Source: a virus
IMG/VR virus record: IMGVR_UViG_3300028048_000141
Span: 1,476 to 65,475 of that record
Strand: one strand, 5' to 3'
DNA length: 64,000 bases
In this document: positions 6,864 to 15,580 of the stretch, piece after piece
Numbering within the stretch: the first letter of the stretch is position 1
Layout: the number at the start of each line of letters is the position of its first letter
Notes under the pieces: generated by a model
What the model was told of the DNA's origin: nothing
The model's database searches: none
What the model saw: the letters and a program-made list of their open reading frames with translations, nothing else
Translations under genes and position numbers: made by a program

Positions 6864-9662
6864 TTAGTCTTCCGTGTCGTATTCGTTTAGGAATCTCTCG
6901 TATGCCTCGGTACACAGCGTGTCTATACTGTAGAAGTCGTGGATGAGGTCATACGAATCCTCGAAGTTCATGTCGTAACTGTAGATGTCTATTCCCTTCG
7001 CGTTGTTGGAGATTACGAATCCGATGTAGAGGGTGTTGTCCTCTCCCCACAACAGCGGTGAGTCCGGCTTGTCGTCATCCCAATCGCTTGAGGTGTTCAG
7101 ATACAACGCGTTGTCGTTGAAGATTCCGTACTTCTCCTCAAGGTCATGGCTTGATTCCACACTGTCTTTCGTGTTCCTGTCGTAAAGGTCGGCGTCACCG
7201 CCGGCGTATACGTAAATCTCCCTGCCGTCTTTCTTCAGGCTGAAGATTCCATCTACGCCGCAATACCAGATTGGGTCTCCCCTCTTGGGGTAGACCGGTT
7301 GATGGAACTCAATCGTGAAGCCGTGCCTTTCCGCGTCGGCCTTCATCTTTGCCATGTATTGCTGCGAGCCCGTTTCGTAATCGGTGTCCAAGTTATCCGC
7401 CTCGAAGGTTATGTCCGAGATGTCGCTGTCGTCGATGTCCTCGGTAATGTGCTCCCCGAATTTGAACGTGATGTTATCAGGCTCCTTGTTATATAGGAAG
7501 TTGTATACTATTTTGTTTGACCATCCATCGGGCCTTGATTCGGCGTCGCAGTAGATGACGCACTCAGGCGACTCAATCATGGAGAACGCGAAATCCCCGA
7601 TTGTAGTGACAGATGCCGGGATGTGTACCCTCTTCAGGCTTCTTCCGTAGGTGAACGCCTGCTTTGCGATTTCGGTCGTTCCCTCGGGGATGTCCAACGT
7701 TTCCATGCCGCTGCATCCGAAGAATGCGTCTTTGCCTATTTTCCTTAGGTTATTGGGCAATTGGACCCTCTTCATGTTGCTGCATCCGGAGAAGCATTCA
7801 TCCTGGATTTCCGTGATGCCGTCGGGAATCTTCACTTCCTCAAGTCCACTGAATTTGAACGCGCCGTTTTCGATTGACTTTATCGATTCGGGGAGGATGA
7901 CGTTCCTCAGCATCTTGCATTCGCTGAATGCGAGGCTGCCAATCTTGGTAACGGATTCAGGTATCTCCACTTCCTCCAGTCCCCAGAACCTGGAGCATGC
8001 GTATGCCGGAATCTCAGTCATACCATCCGGGAAGATTACCTTCTTGACGACTGCCCTACTGTCACCTAGGTAATCGTCGCCGCCGTATGTCCACACACCT
8101 CCTGTTCTGTCCAGGAAGTCCTGTTGGCTCAACGCGACATCGAAATCGTGTCTTGATGTGGAGAACGTGTTCTTGAACCACTTCGCTATCTTCTTAGATT
8201 TGCCGACGATGTAGCGTGCGAAGTCCTGGGACGATATCCTTGCGCAGTTTTCGCCGAAGTAATCCCTGTTCCTTGCGATGAACGTCCCTATCGCGTTGTC
8301 GTCGCCGTCCAATACGACGTATGTGTTTCTTATGGCTCCGTTTCCGTTGAAGTTATATTTTACTATGTCGCTGATTCTTTCGGCATTCTGTCCGTCATAA
8401 TACGAAAGGAATTCGTCGTAACTCAAAGGAACGACAACCTTCAATCCCGTCGCGCCGTCTTTCACCTTGGTGGGATTGTCCCTGGCGACGAACTCGATGT
8501 CCCCGATGTCTTCCTCCCCGTTTTCGTCTTCGTGCAGGCTTTGGGGCCTCGATACTCCCCAGATGATTTCTATTCCGTTGAGGAACACGGGTTCCCATGT
8601 CCTGGTGTCGTAATTATACGTCGATGTCTTTCTCTCAATCCAATCCTCTGCCCAACCGTCTGGTTTCTCCGGTGCCTCGCAGTAGACCTTTATTCTGACG
8701 CTGTCCGGGTTTGGTGCGGCCTCGGACCTATACCAGTTTCTGTACAGGTTGAATGCCTGTCTGCCAATCTTCGTGACCGAAAGTGGGATGAATATCTCGC
8801 TTAGTTTTCCGCAGTATGTGAAGCAGCGTTCCTGGATTTCCTGCAACCCATCGGGAAGGATTACCTTCTCAAGGTCATAGCAGTATGAGAACGTCCCTTC
8901 CTTGAGGACCTTGACTTTTGGGGGAATCCTGATTTCCCTTATCCCTGACGAGCAGAATGCATAGGAGCCGATTTTCTCGACGCTGTCAGGCAATTCGATG
9001 CTGGTGACGTTGGGGAACCACCCGAAGGCCCTGGACCTGATTTGCTTCGTCCCCGGTACGACTTCTATTCTCCTTGCCGCCTGTTTGTCCTTATGCGCAG
9101 GCTCCATGTCCGTGGGATAGACGTATGTCCCGGTTTGGGCGACCTTCTGTCCTCCCGCCTTCTTCTTCAATGCCGTCGATGTGTATTTGAATCCCTGGTC
9201 CACGGCCCACTTGGTCAATTTGGGGTCGTTCTGTTTGAAAATCCAGGTCGCCGCGCTGTATCTCGCGAACCTGGGCGAATAGACCCCGGCCCAGTTGGAG
9301 CAGAAAAGGAATTTGTTGTTTTCGTTTTGCTTGTCGATGAACACGAAGGCACTTGGCCAGTTCTTAGTCGTCCACGATTCCTCGTCGACCTGGTCGTATT
9401 CCATCTCGCGGTGATTGTATTTGTAGGGGCTGAGCCATTTAGTGCCGGATGCAAGAAGAATCATGCCGTCGAGGTTCTTCGGCTTGTATACGTCCCATTT
9501 GCTTCCGGAGCAGACCTTGTCCGCGCCGGCGGTGATGTCGACACCCTGGAAATCCAAATCACCGAGGTCGTCCTCGTTGAATTCCGGTTCCTGTTCGACG
9601 GCTGTCTCAGCGTCTATGTCGTCTTCTTTCAATAGTTTCAATGATTCCTTCAAATATCTCAT
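6864..9662 (-). CDS. BspA-type leucine-rich-repeat (LRR_5) protein, 932 aa
   Basis: Two blocks of about 23-aa repeats such as IPDGLQEIQERCFTYCGKLSEIFIPLSVTKIGRQAF. Typical of surface or host-interaction proteins. Confidence 0.7.
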   Translation of the reverse strand: MRYLKESLKLLKEDDIDAETAVEQEPEFNEDDLGDLDFQGVDITAGADKVCSGSKWDVYKPKNLDGMILLASGTKWLSPYKYNHREMEYDQVDEESWTTKNWPSAFVFIDKQNENNKFLFCSNWAGVYSPRFARYSAATWIFKQNDPKLTKWAVDQGFKYTSTALKKKAGGQKVAQTGTYVYPTDMEPAHKDKQAARRIEVVPGTKQIRSRAFGWFPNVTSIELPDSVEKIGSYAFCSSGIREIRIPPKVKVLKEGTFSYCYDLEKVILPDGLQEIQERCFTYCGKLSEIFIPLSVTKIGRQAFNLYRNWYRSEAAPNPDSVRIKVYCEAPEKPDGWAEDWIERKTSTYNYDTRTWEPVFLNGIEIIWGVSRPQSLHEDENGEEDIGDIEFVARDNPTKVKDGATGLKVVVPLSYDEFLSYYDGQNAERISDIVKYNFNGNGAIRNTYVVLDGDDNAIGTFIARNRDYFGENCARISSQDFARYIVGKSKKIAKWFKNTFSTSRHDFDVALSQQDFLDRTGGVWTYGGDDYLGDSRAVVKKVIFPDGMTEIPAYACSRFWGLEEVEIPESVTKIGSLAFSECKMLRNVILPESIKSIENGAFKFSGLEEVKIPDGITEIQDECFSGCSNMKRVQLPNNLRKIGKDAFFGCSGMETLDIPEGTTEIAKQAFTYGRSLKRVHIPASVTTIGDFAFSMIESPECVIYCDAESRPDGWSNKIVYNFLYNKEPDNITFKFGEHITEDIDDSDISDITFEADNLDTDYETGSQQYMAKMKADAERHGFTIEFHQPVYPKRGDPIWYCGVDGIFSLKKDGREIYVYAGGDADLYDRNTKDSVESSHDLEEKYGIFNDNALYLNTSSDWDDDKPDSPLLWGEDNTLYIGFVISNNAKGIDIYSYDMNFEDSYDLIHDFYSIDTLCTEAYERFLNEYDTED

Positions 9663-9694
9663 CGTAAGTTACCGTTAAACCTTTCGTGTATCAT

Positions 9695-9705
9695 TTAATT
9701 TAGCG
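9695..9705 (-). promoter_or_regulatory. motif B (CGCTAAATTAAAT)
   Basis: 31 nt upstream of the ATG at 9662. Confidence 0.45.
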
Positions 9706-9817
9706 TCTACCTATACTAGTTACGTCCCCCATCCCTTCTCTTCTATCTCTACCCTCTCCCCATGTCCTCCTCTTCCTCGACCCCTCATATTTATATAATT
9801 GTGTAGTGTACATAGGG

Positions 9818-9857
9818 ATTTTTAAATAAATAAAGAAAGGCCCGCATTGTGCGAGCC
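9818..9857 (-). terminator. rho-independent terminator
   Basis: GGCUCGCACAAUGCGGGCC hairpin followed by a U-rich tract on the minus strand. Confidence 0.5.
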
Positions 9858-9906
9858 GTTGAGAGGGTTACCAACTGAAAGGATAAGGGATGGCAGTGCC
9901 TCTCCC

Positions 9907-9917
9907 TTAATTTAGCG
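9907..9917 (-). promoter_or_regulatory. motif B (CGCTAAATTAAG)
   Basis: 10 nt past the stop of the 9930-10313 gene. Its TAGCG forms one arm of the hairpin TAGCGA-n8-TCGCTA. Confidence 0.4.
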
Positions 9918-9929
9918 AGGAAGTTTTCG

Positions 9930-10313
9930 CTATTCCGCGGCTTTCTCGCTGACCTCCGCATCTATCGGCTCTTCCCTGGCGTATCTGAGCCTTTGTCCGC
10001 AGGCCGGGCAGTATGTGGCTACGTTAAGGAACTTATGCTCCGCCTCCGTGCACATTCTGCACACGTCCGAATAGGACACCATGGGGTTTGAGATGTCAAC
10101 GATTACCCTTCCGCATTTGGGACAATGCACGAGATGGTGTACGACAGGATACGCGACCCCGTTCACCATTATCATCGCCTGCGAGTTCTTGTCGGTCACT
10201 TCCGCAATCGTGGCCAAGGCGGGGATGTCCTTCGTGTAGTCGTGGCCGCCCTCCAGTACTTCCACTTCCGGGGAGGCCGATGTTTCAACAATGTCTTTTT
10301 CTTCCATACACAT
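9930..10313 (-). CDS. zinc-ribbon protein, possibly translated from a leaderless mRNA
   Basis: Has CPKCG and CPACG pairs. The -10 TATAAT lies only 2-8 nt upstream of ATG codons at 10313 and 10307 with no RBS. Confidence 0.5.
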   Translation of the reverse strand: MCMEEKDIVETSASPEVEVLEGGHDYTKDIPALATIAEVTDKNSQAMIMVNGVAYPVVHHLVHCPKCGRVIVDISNPMVSYSDVCRMCTEAEHKFLNVATYCPACGQRLRYAREEPIDAEVSEKAAE

Positions 10314-10315
10314 AT

Positions 10316-10345
10316 ATTATACACGAAAATATGCGATAATATAAA
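10316..10345 (-). promoter_or_regulatory. motif-A promoter (-10 TATAAT) abutting the start codon
   Basis: Minus strand reads ttttcGTGTATAATATatgtgtATG. Confidence 0.45.
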
Positions 10346-10357
10346 TAAAAAGTATTA

Positions 10358-11554
10358 TCAGACATCCCAATAATCCTCGAACGGCGTGAATTCGTTAGTC
10401 TCCAGGCTTCTGTACAAATCAATCATGTCGTCGTTCCTGAGGAACACGGTGTATTTCTCGACGTTGTCGTTATCGTACAGTTCCTCTTGCGAAGGATAGA
10501 CCTTGACGATGTTCTTGGCGTCGGTCTTGATTGCCTTCGCCAGTTCGTTTATCAATTCCGAATCCGGTTCCGCGACGTCAGGCAATCCCTCGACCTTGGG
10601 TGCTTCCGGGATGACCCTCGTGTAGTTGTCGGAATCGGTGTAGATTTCGAATCTACCGTTCGATTTGCAATAGAGCATCGCGTATTTGTCTCCGAACGAG
10701 TTGATGAAGAAATAGAACTCGGATGGTGCGCCCAGGTGTTTGTTCCTGTAGAAGTTCCAGAAGTATTCCTTCTCCTTGCCGGTGATGCACCACCTCGTCC
10801 CCTTGCCGTAGATTGTGGCGGCGTCCAGGGTGTTTATCTTATATACCTTCCAGTTCTTGGAATGGTATATGAGTTCCGCCCCTTCCTTCGCGTCGGCCCT
10901 TATCTCCGACCTGGTTTTCTTGGCGGTCAACGACGTGAGGAATTCGATGAACTCCTCGGGTGTTGAGTTCCTCATCCACCAGTAGACGTCCCTCTTCTGT
11001 GCCTCGACCCTTTGCTTTTCCTTGTTGAATGTCCTTAGCACCTCATCGGTTTCGTCCATGTCGCCGACGAATGAGTTGACCCACTTGGCGAATCTTTCCC
11101 TGTCTTCCTTTGCCTCGTGCAGTATCCCCATGTCGCTTACGTCTGTCCAGGCGAATAGGTAAACGGTTTTTCCGTGTGCGTTTAACTTCGACGTGAAGTC
11201 GTATGGCTCTTCGCAATCTGGTTCCGCATCCTTGCTTAGATAGAAACTGTATCCGAAGTTGTCGTGGATGTAGTCTGCCTTTTCGTAAGTGTAACCGTAA
11301 CCATATTCGTCTTCCGGAAGTTCGTCTTGGTCATACAAATCTGTTTTGTCAATGGCGTCCTTAATCATGTCGATGTGTATCCTGTCGCCGGCGTCTGCCA
11401 CGAGATACCATCCGTGCTCATAATCGTAGAAAACCCTCAGGTCCGATTTCTGGATGTTGTTGTCTACGAACGCAAGAAAATCGGTATCACCAACTATTAT
11501 CTTGGTCGGGGTATCGTCAATCGGGTATACGTTCTCTAGTAATCTGCTTTCCAT
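10358..11554 (-). CDS. hypothetical protein carrying a conserved WC(I)TG domain; paralogous region shared with the 11606-13861 gene
   Basis: Start set at the ATG at 11554 (MESRLLEN). Region WKVYKINTLDAATIYGKGTRWCITG...FFINSFGDKYAMLY...RFEIY aligns with a segment of the next gene. Confidence 0.55.
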   Translation of the reverse strand: MESRLLENVYPIDDTPTKIIVGDTDFLAFVDNNIQKSDLRVFYDYEHGWYLVADAGDRIHIDMIKDAIDKTDLYDQDELPEDEYGYGYTYEKADYIHDNFGYSFYLSKDAEPDCEEPYDFTSKLNAHGKTVYLFAWTDVSDMGILHEAKEDRERFAKWVNSFVGDMDETDEVLRTFNKEKQRVEAQKRDVYWWMRNSTPEEFIEFLTSLTAKKTRSEIRADAKEGAELIYHSKNWKVYKINTLDAATIYGKGTRWCITGKEKEYFWNFYRNKHLGAPSEFYFFINSFGDKYAMLYCKSNGRFEIYTDSDNYTRVIPEAPKVEGLPDVAEPDSELINELAKAIKTDAKNIVKVYPSQEELYDNDNVEKYTVFLRNDDMIDLYRSLETNEFTPFEDYWDV

Positions 11555-11559
11555 ATCAA

Positions 11560-11570
11560 TTAATTTAGCA
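11560..11570 (-). promoter_or_regulatory. motif B variant (TGCTAAATTAAT) 5 nt upstream of the ATG
   Basis: Reads TGCTAAATTAATtgatATG. There is no room for an RBS, so the transcript would be leaderless if this is a promoter. Confidence 0.4.
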
Positions 11571-11571
11571 T

Positions 11572-11596
11572 AAAGCAAAAGACCTCCGAGGAGGCC
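11572..11596 (-). terminator. terminator-like hairpin with a U-tract
   Basis: GGCCUCCUCGGAGGUC followed by UUUUGCUUU on the minus strand. Confidence 0.45.
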
Positions 11597-11605
11597 TTTG
11601 TATGT

Positions 11606-13861
11606 TTATTCGCCGATTATGACTTGGACCGCGGAGTCGACGCTCTTTTTCAAACGCCTTATCCTGTCCCTGAATGAGAGTACCGACGAACCAGATGACC
11701 ATCTTTCACCGAAGAAGATGTCGTCCAGTTTATCCTTCCTCTGTTTCTTGTCCTTGAGGGCCAATGCATTCTCTATCGATTCTACGAGGTTAGTGTATTC
11801 CTCCATGAGTTGCATCAACTGCTCTGATAGGTTCCTAAGCGTCCTAATCTTGATTGGCGACGAGTTAATCTTCTTGACGTTGAACTTGGTCAGATAGGAT
11901 GCCAGTTCCTTTCTGATTCCGTTCAATTCGTCGAGGATGTAGTCCATCGATTTGACTTTGAATTTGCCGAGTTGGATTCTCATCCTCTCGTATTTATGGG
12001 GGTCAAGAAGGTATCCGGATTTATCGTAGCCCTCGGCGTTGGCGAATCTTTGGATTCTCTTGACCGCGGTCTCGACCCACTTATCGTTCTCGTCGTAGTG
12101 GCCAGGAACCTCGACCGGTTCGTCGTGGAGCCTCCATCCCTTCTCCGGATGTCTGCCGTATTTGTCGTCCCATGTGTGGAACTCCGCTCTGCCCCTTCTC
12201 TTTTCCTTCGACCAGTTTGATTCATCCGTCGAATCGTAATAGCAGAAGTCGACCGTGTTGGCGAGGATGTCCCTCTTTGAATATTTATCAAAGGTTTCTT
12301 TGCTCCAATATGAAGGCCAGTAGTAGTATTCGTGGTCGTTCAATCCCGGAATGTAGATTTGGTCCATCTCGGTCGTCTCATCGCCATATCTATATGAGTA
12401 TTTAAGGTGATAGATGGGGACGTATGGTTCCCTGGTGAACTTCGACGCCGGGCTGGGGATATCGTCCAGGGAATAGAAGTGCATCTTGTTCAAGTCGAGG
12501 TTTGCCCTATTGAACAGTTCCTTGGCATCCTTGTTCTTTTTTAGGAAGTCCCTTAGCCATTGCGGCATCGATTCGGAGAATTCCTCATTGAGTTCCAATG
12601 CCTCCTCAACGTCCTCCCCGGACGTGAAGTTTATATGCTTTGCATAGAAAGGTTGGTTTATCCTTTTGCATGCTATCGGATGTCTCTTCGTCGTGATTTT
12701 CACCTTTTCGCATTTGTCGAACGCGTTCAATTCCAAGGTGTCGACCGATTCCGGGAGGTTGACGGTCTCAAGGTTCTTGCACCCCTCGAACGCCGATTCC
12801 CCGATATTCTTCATGGTATTCCCCTCGATTACCACGGTCTTTAGGTTCGGCATGTCCGAGAACATCCCTTGGGCTACTGCGACGAATCCGTTGCCAATCG
12901 TCAATTTCCTTAACTTCGGCCAATTCTGCCACCTTCCCCTGAATTGGGTGATGTCCACGACATCGCCGGAGCGTTCGGTCGTGATTACCACTTCCTTCAC
13001 CAACTTCCTGAATCCGTTGTTGCCCATAATCTTCCTTGCCTCGTAGGACAAATCGCCGAAGTTGTATTCGAGTTTTGCGTCGCCGTTCTCGAATTCGATG
13101 TATTCCCTTACCCTATTCATGCTTTCGAAGTTCGCGAATTCAGGTTTGTCCTTCAATAGATTGAACAACGACCTTCTGCTCAGGAAGAAATCGACGGGTT
13201 CGACTCCGGAGTTGCCGCTGTCCTTGAATTCCCTGAAGTCGTTGAATCTTCTTTCGGGGGCGTATATGGCGAATTGGTATTTTTTGTCCCTGTCGTGTTT
13301 GTTGATTATGATGAAAATCTTTCCGCCGCGTTCGGTATAGTAGTTGTAATAGTGGTCGCTGTCGTGTCTTCCGGTGCACCAGACGGCGTTGTCGCCCCTG
13401 ATGAACTTTGACGCCTCGTATGTCTGTGGGTTCCAGACCTCCCAGTCATCGTTCTTGGCGAACATGACCGCGCCTGGGATTTGCTCCGCCCTGACCTCGA
13501 AATCGGATTTGTCGTAGACGTCGACGGTGTCGAGGAAGGAAGTGAGGTCGGAGAACTTCTTGAAGGCGTTGACGTCCCTGTATTTGGCGTTGTCGCCCTT
13601 GAGTTTGTTCTTGATTGATTTGTATTTCTCCAGTGCGGGTTTTACGGCGTCCCCGATTTCGTCGAAGTCCTCTCCCCTTTTGTGCAGGGTCAAAAGCCAC
13701 TTGCCGAACTCTCCGAGTTTGTTGTTCTCGACCTTGAACGTGGGGTCAAGTGCGATAATCCTGTCGAAATCATCCCTGCCCATCTGCTGGGAATAATACG
13801 TTCCGTATACGGAATCGAGGTCTTCGTCCAATATCAATAGTCTTTTTTCTTCAAACGCCAT
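11606..13861 (-). CDS. large protein with BspA-type LRR repeats plus a WCTG paralog domain
   Basis: LRR_5 repeats such as MPNLKTVVIEGNTMKNIGESAFEGCKNLETVNLPESV. Segment WEVWNPQTYEASKFIRGDNAVWCTG...KIFIIINKHDRDKKYQFAIY is paralogous to the 10358-11554 gene. AAGGAAG RBS. Confidence 0.65.
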   Translation of the reverse strand: MAFEEKRLLILDEDLDSVYGTYYSQQMGRDDFDRIIALDPTFKVENNKLGEFGKWLLTLHKRGEDFDEIGDAVKPALEKYKSIKNKLKGDNAKYRDVNAFKKFSDLTSFLDTVDVYDKSDFEVRAEQIPGAVMFAKNDDWEVWNPQTYEASKFIRGDNAVWCTGRHDSDHYYNYYTERGGKIFIIINKHDRDKKYQFAIYAPERRFNDFREFKDSGNSGVEPVDFFLSRRSLFNLLKDKPEFANFESMNRVREYIEFENGDAKLEYNFGDLSYEARKIMGNNGFRKLVKEVVITTERSGDVVDITQFRGRWQNWPKLRKLTIGNGFVAVAQGMFSDMPNLKTVVIEGNTMKNIGESAFEGCKNLETVNLPESVDTLELNAFDKCEKVKITTKRHPIACKRINQPFYAKHINFTSGEDVEEALELNEEFSESMPQWLRDFLKKNKDAKELFNRANLDLNKMHFYSLDDIPSPASKFTREPYVPIYHLKYSYRYGDETTEMDQIYIPGLNDHEYYYWPSYWSKETFDKYSKRDILANTVDFCYYDSTDESNWSKEKRRGRAEFHTWDDKYGRHPEKGWRLHDEPVEVPGHYDENDKWVETAVKRIQRFANAEGYDKSGYLLDPHKYERMRIQLGKFKVKSMDYILDELNGIRKELASYLTKFNVKKINSSPIKIRTLRNLSEQLMQLMEEYTNLVESIENALALKDKKQRKDKLDDIFFGERWSSGSSVLSFRDRIRRLKKSVDSAVQVIIGE

Positions 13862-13885
13862 AAAAACTCTTCCTTTTGCTATCAG

Positions 13886-13896
13886 TTAATTTAGCA
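13886..13896 (-). promoter_or_regulatory. motif B variant (TGCTAAATTAAC)
   Basis: Sits directly downstream of the 13897-13920 terminator and 22 nt upstream of the ATG at 13861. Confidence 0.45.
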
Positions 13897-13920
13897 ACAG
13901 AAAAAGGACCCGAAGGTCCC
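13897..13920 (-). terminator. rho-independent terminator with a UUCG tetraloop
   Basis: GGGACC-UUCG-GGUCC followed by UUUUUCUGUU. Confidence 0.6.
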
Positions 13921-14556
13921 ATCCGTCTGTATATGTTTTGAGTGTTCTTTGCGAAATGATTTAAGACCGGCCTTCGCCGTACAATACTTCCCAACCGTAC
14001 CTTGTTATCCGACATTCACTGGCTCTGAGGGCAAGGGAGCGACCCAAGCACTTTTCCAATGGCCACTTGCGTGACGATACAACGCCGGGGAGCGGAACCC
14101 CGGAACTTTCACCGAACTTCAGAGACATAAAATCCTTAAGTCATCGTTTTAAAAAGACGTGATACGGCTACTCGCTCGACTTCGATTCCTTATAGCACAT
14201 TACTGTGCGTCAACACGTCCGATACCCGTAGGGTGAGTTGCCGGGCATTATGTTTCTCAGGCATAATACCGCAGGCGGGATGGGATTACTCCCAGTGCCT
14301 CTTGTGGGGCGGAATCCGAAGTCAGGACTAGATACCATTGACATACTGCGACACTGACCAGAGCCTTGCCCTCACGGGTAGGTGAACCGTCCGTAGGCAT
14401 CGCTGCCTTTCCTTCAAGGTCTCGCTTTCCGGAACAGTATCCCATTCCGTAATCGCTACGTCGGCCAGACCCCTGCGGTCCGTAAGACCATCTTCACAGG
14501 GTTGTCAATAAATCCTTTCTCAAAGAACACTCGTGAACCACGCTCTCGCATCGTTC
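13921..14556 (-). ncRNA. candidate structured ncRNA of about 630 nt; ORF-free, bounded by a promoter and a terminator
   Basis: No ORF of 60 aa or longer in any frame. Motif-A -10 at 14565-14570. The terminator at 13897-13920 closes it. GC-rich with many local hairpins. Confidence 0.3.
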
Positions 14557-14560
14557 ACAT

Positions 14561-14578
14561 ACATATTATACACGATAA
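14561..14578 (-). promoter_or_regulatory. motif-A promoter (-10 TATAAT)
   Basis: + strand acatattatacacgataatt. Confidence 0.45.
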
Positions 14579-14645
14579 TTCCGAAGAGTGTAAATTTTTT
14601 TACGAATTTTCTCTTCGCAATCAACCGGCAGGTTTTCGCCCGCCT

Positions 14646-14656
14646 TTAATTTAGCG
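14646..14656 (-). promoter_or_regulatory. motif B
   Basis: 36 nt downstream of the tRNA-Gln 3' end and about 80 nt upstream of the motif-A -10. Confidence 0.4.
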
Positions 14657-14682
14657 TGTATTTTTTGCGCATTTTTGCGCTT

Positions 14683-14757
14683 TGGCTGGGGCGGGTGGAT
14701 TCGGACCACCGCATCCGCGGTTCAAAGCCGCGTGCCTTACCGCTTGGCTACACCCCA
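14683..14757 (-). tRNA. tRNA-Gln (anticodon UUG)
   Basis: Cloverleaf parsed by hand. Acceptor UGGGGUG/CGCCCCA, anticodon loop CUUUGAA, encoded CCA. Confidence 0.75.
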
Positions 14758-14762
14758 ATGTG

Positions 14763-14838
14763 TGGCACCCTCTGGGGGACTCGAACCCTCAACCTACTGC
14801 TTAGGAGGCAGTCGCGATATCCTTTTCGCCAAGAGGGT
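14763..14838 (-). tRNA. tRNA-Arg (anticodon CCU)
   Basis: Acceptor ACCCUCU/AGAGGGU, loop CUCCUAA, T-loop UUCGAGU, CCA. Confidence 0.7.
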
Positions 14839-14846
14839 GTGTCGGT

Positions 14847-14922
14847 TGGCACCCCGGGCAGGACTCGAACCTGCAACTTACTGCTTAGAAGGCAGTTACT
14901 CTATCCATTGAGTTACCGGGGT
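14847..14922 (-). tRNA. tRNA-Arg (anticodon UCU)
   Basis: Acceptor ACCCCGG/CCGGGGU, D-stem ACUC/GAGU, loop CUUCUAA, 76 nt, CCA. Confidence 0.8.
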
Positions 14923-14950
14923 ATTTATGGGCTTTCCGTCCACCCACCGT

Positions 14951-14962
14951 ATATTATACACG
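14951..14962 (-). promoter_or_regulatory. internal motif-A promoter inside the tRNA cluster
   Basis: atattatacacg on the + strand. Confidence 0.4.
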
Positions 14963-15009
14963 AAATCGGCAGAGGATGCAAATGTTTTTTTTCGGATGCG
15001 TTCCATCCG

Positions 15010-15083
15010 TGGCGGGCCCTGAGAGAATCGAACTCACATTCTTCGGTTAACAGCCGAGCGTTCTGCCTTTGAACTAAGGGCCC
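15010..15083 (-). tRNA. tRNA-Asn (anticodon GUU)
   Basis: Acceptor GGGCCCU/AGGGCCC, loop CUGUUAA, T-loop UCGAUUC. Confidence 0.75.
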
Positions 15084-15086
15084 GTA

Positions 15087-15171
15087 TGGTGGGAGGTGAT
15101 AGAGTCGAACTACCCGAGCCGATGGCAACTGTTTTACAGACAGTCCCGCTACCCCTACGGTATAACCTCCC
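15087..15171 (-). tRNA. tRNA-Tyr (anticodon GUA), class II
   Basis: 85 nt with a long variable arm. Loop CUGUAAA. Acceptor GGGAGGU/ACCUCCC. Confidence 0.75.
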
Positions 15172-15175
15172 GCGT

Positions 15176-15246
15176 TGGTCGCCGCACATGGAATCGGACC
15201 ATGCCTACGGAGGTATGAACTCCGCTTCGCCCCAGACTATACGGCG
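15176..15246 (-). tRNA. tRNA-Met/Ile2-like (anticodon CAU)
   Basis: Anticodon stem CGGAG/CUCCG with loop UUCAUAC. T-arm CAUGG-UCCGAUU-CCAUG. The D-arm folds poorly. Confidence 0.5.
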
Positions 15247-15248
15247 TT

Positions 15249-15323
15249 TGGTGGATTAGGTTGCGCTCGAATCAACTTCTGCAGATTTTCAGTCTGCCAC
15301 TCTACCATATAAGTTACTAATCC
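15249..15323 (-). tRNA. tRNA-Phe (anticodon GAA)
   Basis: Acceptor GGAUUAG/CUAAUCC, anticodon stem GCAGA/UCUGC, loop CUGAAAA. Confidence 0.7.
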
Positions 15324-15327
15324 ATAT

Positions 15328-15405
15328 TGGTTGTGAGGACGGGATTCGAACCCATACCCTCCCGGCTCCGGACCGGGTGTGCTACCAAGTTACATCCACC
15401 TCACA
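15328..15405 (-). tRNA. tRNA-Pro (anticodon CGG)
   Basis: Stem CCCGG/CCGGG with loop UCCGGAG. Acceptor UGUGAGG/CCUCACA. Confidence 0.65.
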
Positions 15406-15409
15406 ATGT

Positions 15410-15485
15410 TGGTGCCCCGAGAGGGATTCGAACCCCCAGACTACTCGTTCTAAGCGAGCATTGTATACCGTTCCAGCATCGGGGC
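15410..15485 (-). tRNA. class-I tRNA-like with anticodon UAG (Leu-type anticodon in a 76-nt body); atypical D-arm
   Basis: Acceptor GCCCCGA/UCGGGGC, anticodon stem GCUCG/CGAGU, loop CUUAGAA, T-arm GGGGG-UUCGAAU-CCCUC. No canonical D-stem could be found. Confidence 0.4.
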
Positions 15486-15499
15486 GATTCGGACGGATG

Positions 15500-15574
15500 T
15501 GGTAGGCTGGGGCAGAGTCGGACTGCCGTCTCAGACTTATCAGGTCTGCGTTCTGACCGTTAAACTACGAGCCT
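15500..15574 (-). tRNA. tRNA-Ile (anticodon GAU)
   Basis: Stem CAGAC/GUCUG with loop CUGAUAA. T-arm GGCAG-UCCGACU-CUGCC. One C-C mismatch in the acceptor stem. Confidence 0.65.
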
Positions 15575-15580
15575 ATTCAT

